Below are positions 47,582 to 49,081 of a stretch of 49,081 nucleotides of DNA, piece by piece. Source of the stretch: Octopus bimaculoides. Lineage: Eukaryota. A program made the position numbers and the translations under genes. The notes beneath the pieces were generated by a model. That model was not told the DNA's origin, did no database searches, and saw only the letters and a list, made by a program, of their open reading frames with translations. The stretch lies in NCBI RefSeq assembly GCF_001194135.2, contig NC_068982.1, positions 22,446,376 through 22,495,456 of the forward strand. The letters run 5' to 3'. Position 1 is the stretch's first letter. Each line of letters opens with the position of its first letter.

Positions 47582-49081
47582 CTGGCAATACAGAAACTGA
47601 GATCCAACAAAACTCCTGAGCTGGATGGTATTCCAGCTGAAATTTTGAAAGCAGGTGGGGATCACATCTCCTCCGAAATTCATAGCCTGTTGTGTTACAT
47701 TTGGACTGAGTCCTCTGTGCCACAGGAATGGATAAACGGCATTCTAATCCCTGTATACAAAGGTAAGGGACCCAAATCAGTGTGTGGTAATTCCAGAGGA
47801 ATAACTCTCCTGGCACATACTGGGAAGATACTTTCGAGGATCATGTTAGAACGTCTCGTGGAGAATGTGTGTCCACATGTGATTCCTGAGGAACAGTGTG
47901 GTTTCAGACCCAAGCGGGGAACAATGGATATGATATTTTCTGCAAGGCAGGCTCAGGAGAAATGTTTAGAGGAACAAATGCCACTATACCAGGTTTTTAT
48001 AGATCTAACTAAGGCATTTGACACAGTAAACAGGGACGCACTGTGGATTGTTTTGTGCAAACTTGGTTGCCCGACACATTTTGTGAGCCTCTTCGAGAAA
48101 TTGCACAGCAACATGAAAGCTCAGGTAGTTTTTAATGGTAATCTATCTGATGAATTTTCAGTGGACAACGGTGTAAAACAGGGAGATATTCCTGCCCCTA
48201 CATTTTTCTCTATATATTTTGCCACATTGCTTTGGTATGCATTTGAGGATTGTAACAGNNNNNNNNNNNNNNNNNNNNNNNNNNNNNNNNNNNNNNNNNN
48301 NNNNNNNNNNNNNNNNNNNNNNNNNNNNNNNNNNNNNNNNNNNNNNNNNNNNNNNNNNNNNNNNNNNNNTGGATAGATTTTCCACTGCATGTACATATTT
48401 TGGACTCAGTAAGTCTGAGAAAAACCAAGGTAATGTTTACCCCCACACCTGGACAAATATATACTGAACCAAATATCTTTGTGAACGGAACAAGATTAGA
48501 AGTCATTGACACCTTTGTTTACCTTGGAACCACACTGTCAAGGGATGGTGGTCTTGATGCAGAAATATACTATCGAATAGCGAAGGGAAGTGCTGCATTT
48601 GGAAAGCTTGAAAAGCGAGTATGGGCTGATAGAGATATATCCCTGCAGACAAAAATCAGCATCTACAAAGCGTGTGTATTGACTGCTCTTCTTTATTCAG
48701 GCGAAACTTGGACCAGTTACAAGCGTCATGTAAAGATGCGAGAAAGGTTTCATCAAAAGTGTCTAAGACGCATCCTAGGAGTAAAATGGAAGAGTTTCGT
48801 AGCAGATACAGAGGTTTTGCGCAGGGCGCACTGTAGCTCATTTGAAAAACATATTATCCTGGCCCAAATGAGATGGACTGGGCATGTAATTAGAATGAAG
48901 GATGATCGTTTGCCGAAGCGCTTATTTTATGGTGAGGTCAGCTCTGGTGAGCGACCGCGGCAGAAACCGAGAAAGAGGTATAAAGATTGCATTAAACAAA
49001 ACCTAAAAAAAACTAGATATGTATGAAAGTGATTGAGAAGGAGATGTTCTGGATCGAAGCAAGTGGAGAGCTGTTGTCAGG
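47582..49081 (+). mobile_element. Young 5'-truncated RTE-clade LINE, RT to C-terminus, runs off the window
   Basis: LAIQKLRSNKTPELDGIPAEILKAGG...KGKG..CGNSRGITLL...QCGFRPKRGTMDMIF...FIDLTKAFDTV...GVKQGDIPAP, gap, LRKTKVM...FVYLG...LLYSGETW...RWTGHVIRM...RLPKRLFYG...RPRQKPRKRYKD. Frameshifts near 48407 and about 49020; the YADD region falls in the N gap. Confidence 0.95.

Overview
AT-rich, microsatellite-saturated eukaryotic scaffold with about 20 N-gaps. The repeat families look like octopus/cephalopod ones (inference from recall, not from a search). I found no host protein-coding exon, rRNA, true tRNA or CRISPR array. Almost all long ORFs in the track are artefacts of N-runs or simple repeats. 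The window is a transposon graveyard. It holds five tRNA-headed or SINE-like families (my labels A-E; C shows no head here) and relics of RTE LINEs (three pieces, one young), a CR1/L2-like RT, one mariner DD34D, two DD37D-type transposases, a Helitron Rep N-terminus, a Penelope GIY-YIG endonuclease, and several foldback/MITE-like elements next to (TA)n arrays. The most interesting signal is a sixth short element (family F): a tRNA-like Pol III head, an (AAT)n linker and a tail containing a minimal type I hammerhead ribozyme. It occurs at two loci, both as head-to-head inverted dimers, an arrangement typical of Penelope-like insertions. Two more unrelated hammerhead-like motifs and the Penelope endonuclease relic lie in the same window. 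No single hammerhead copy is intact; an intact one appears only in the consensus. Repeat copies also show a left-to-right increase in CpG decay.
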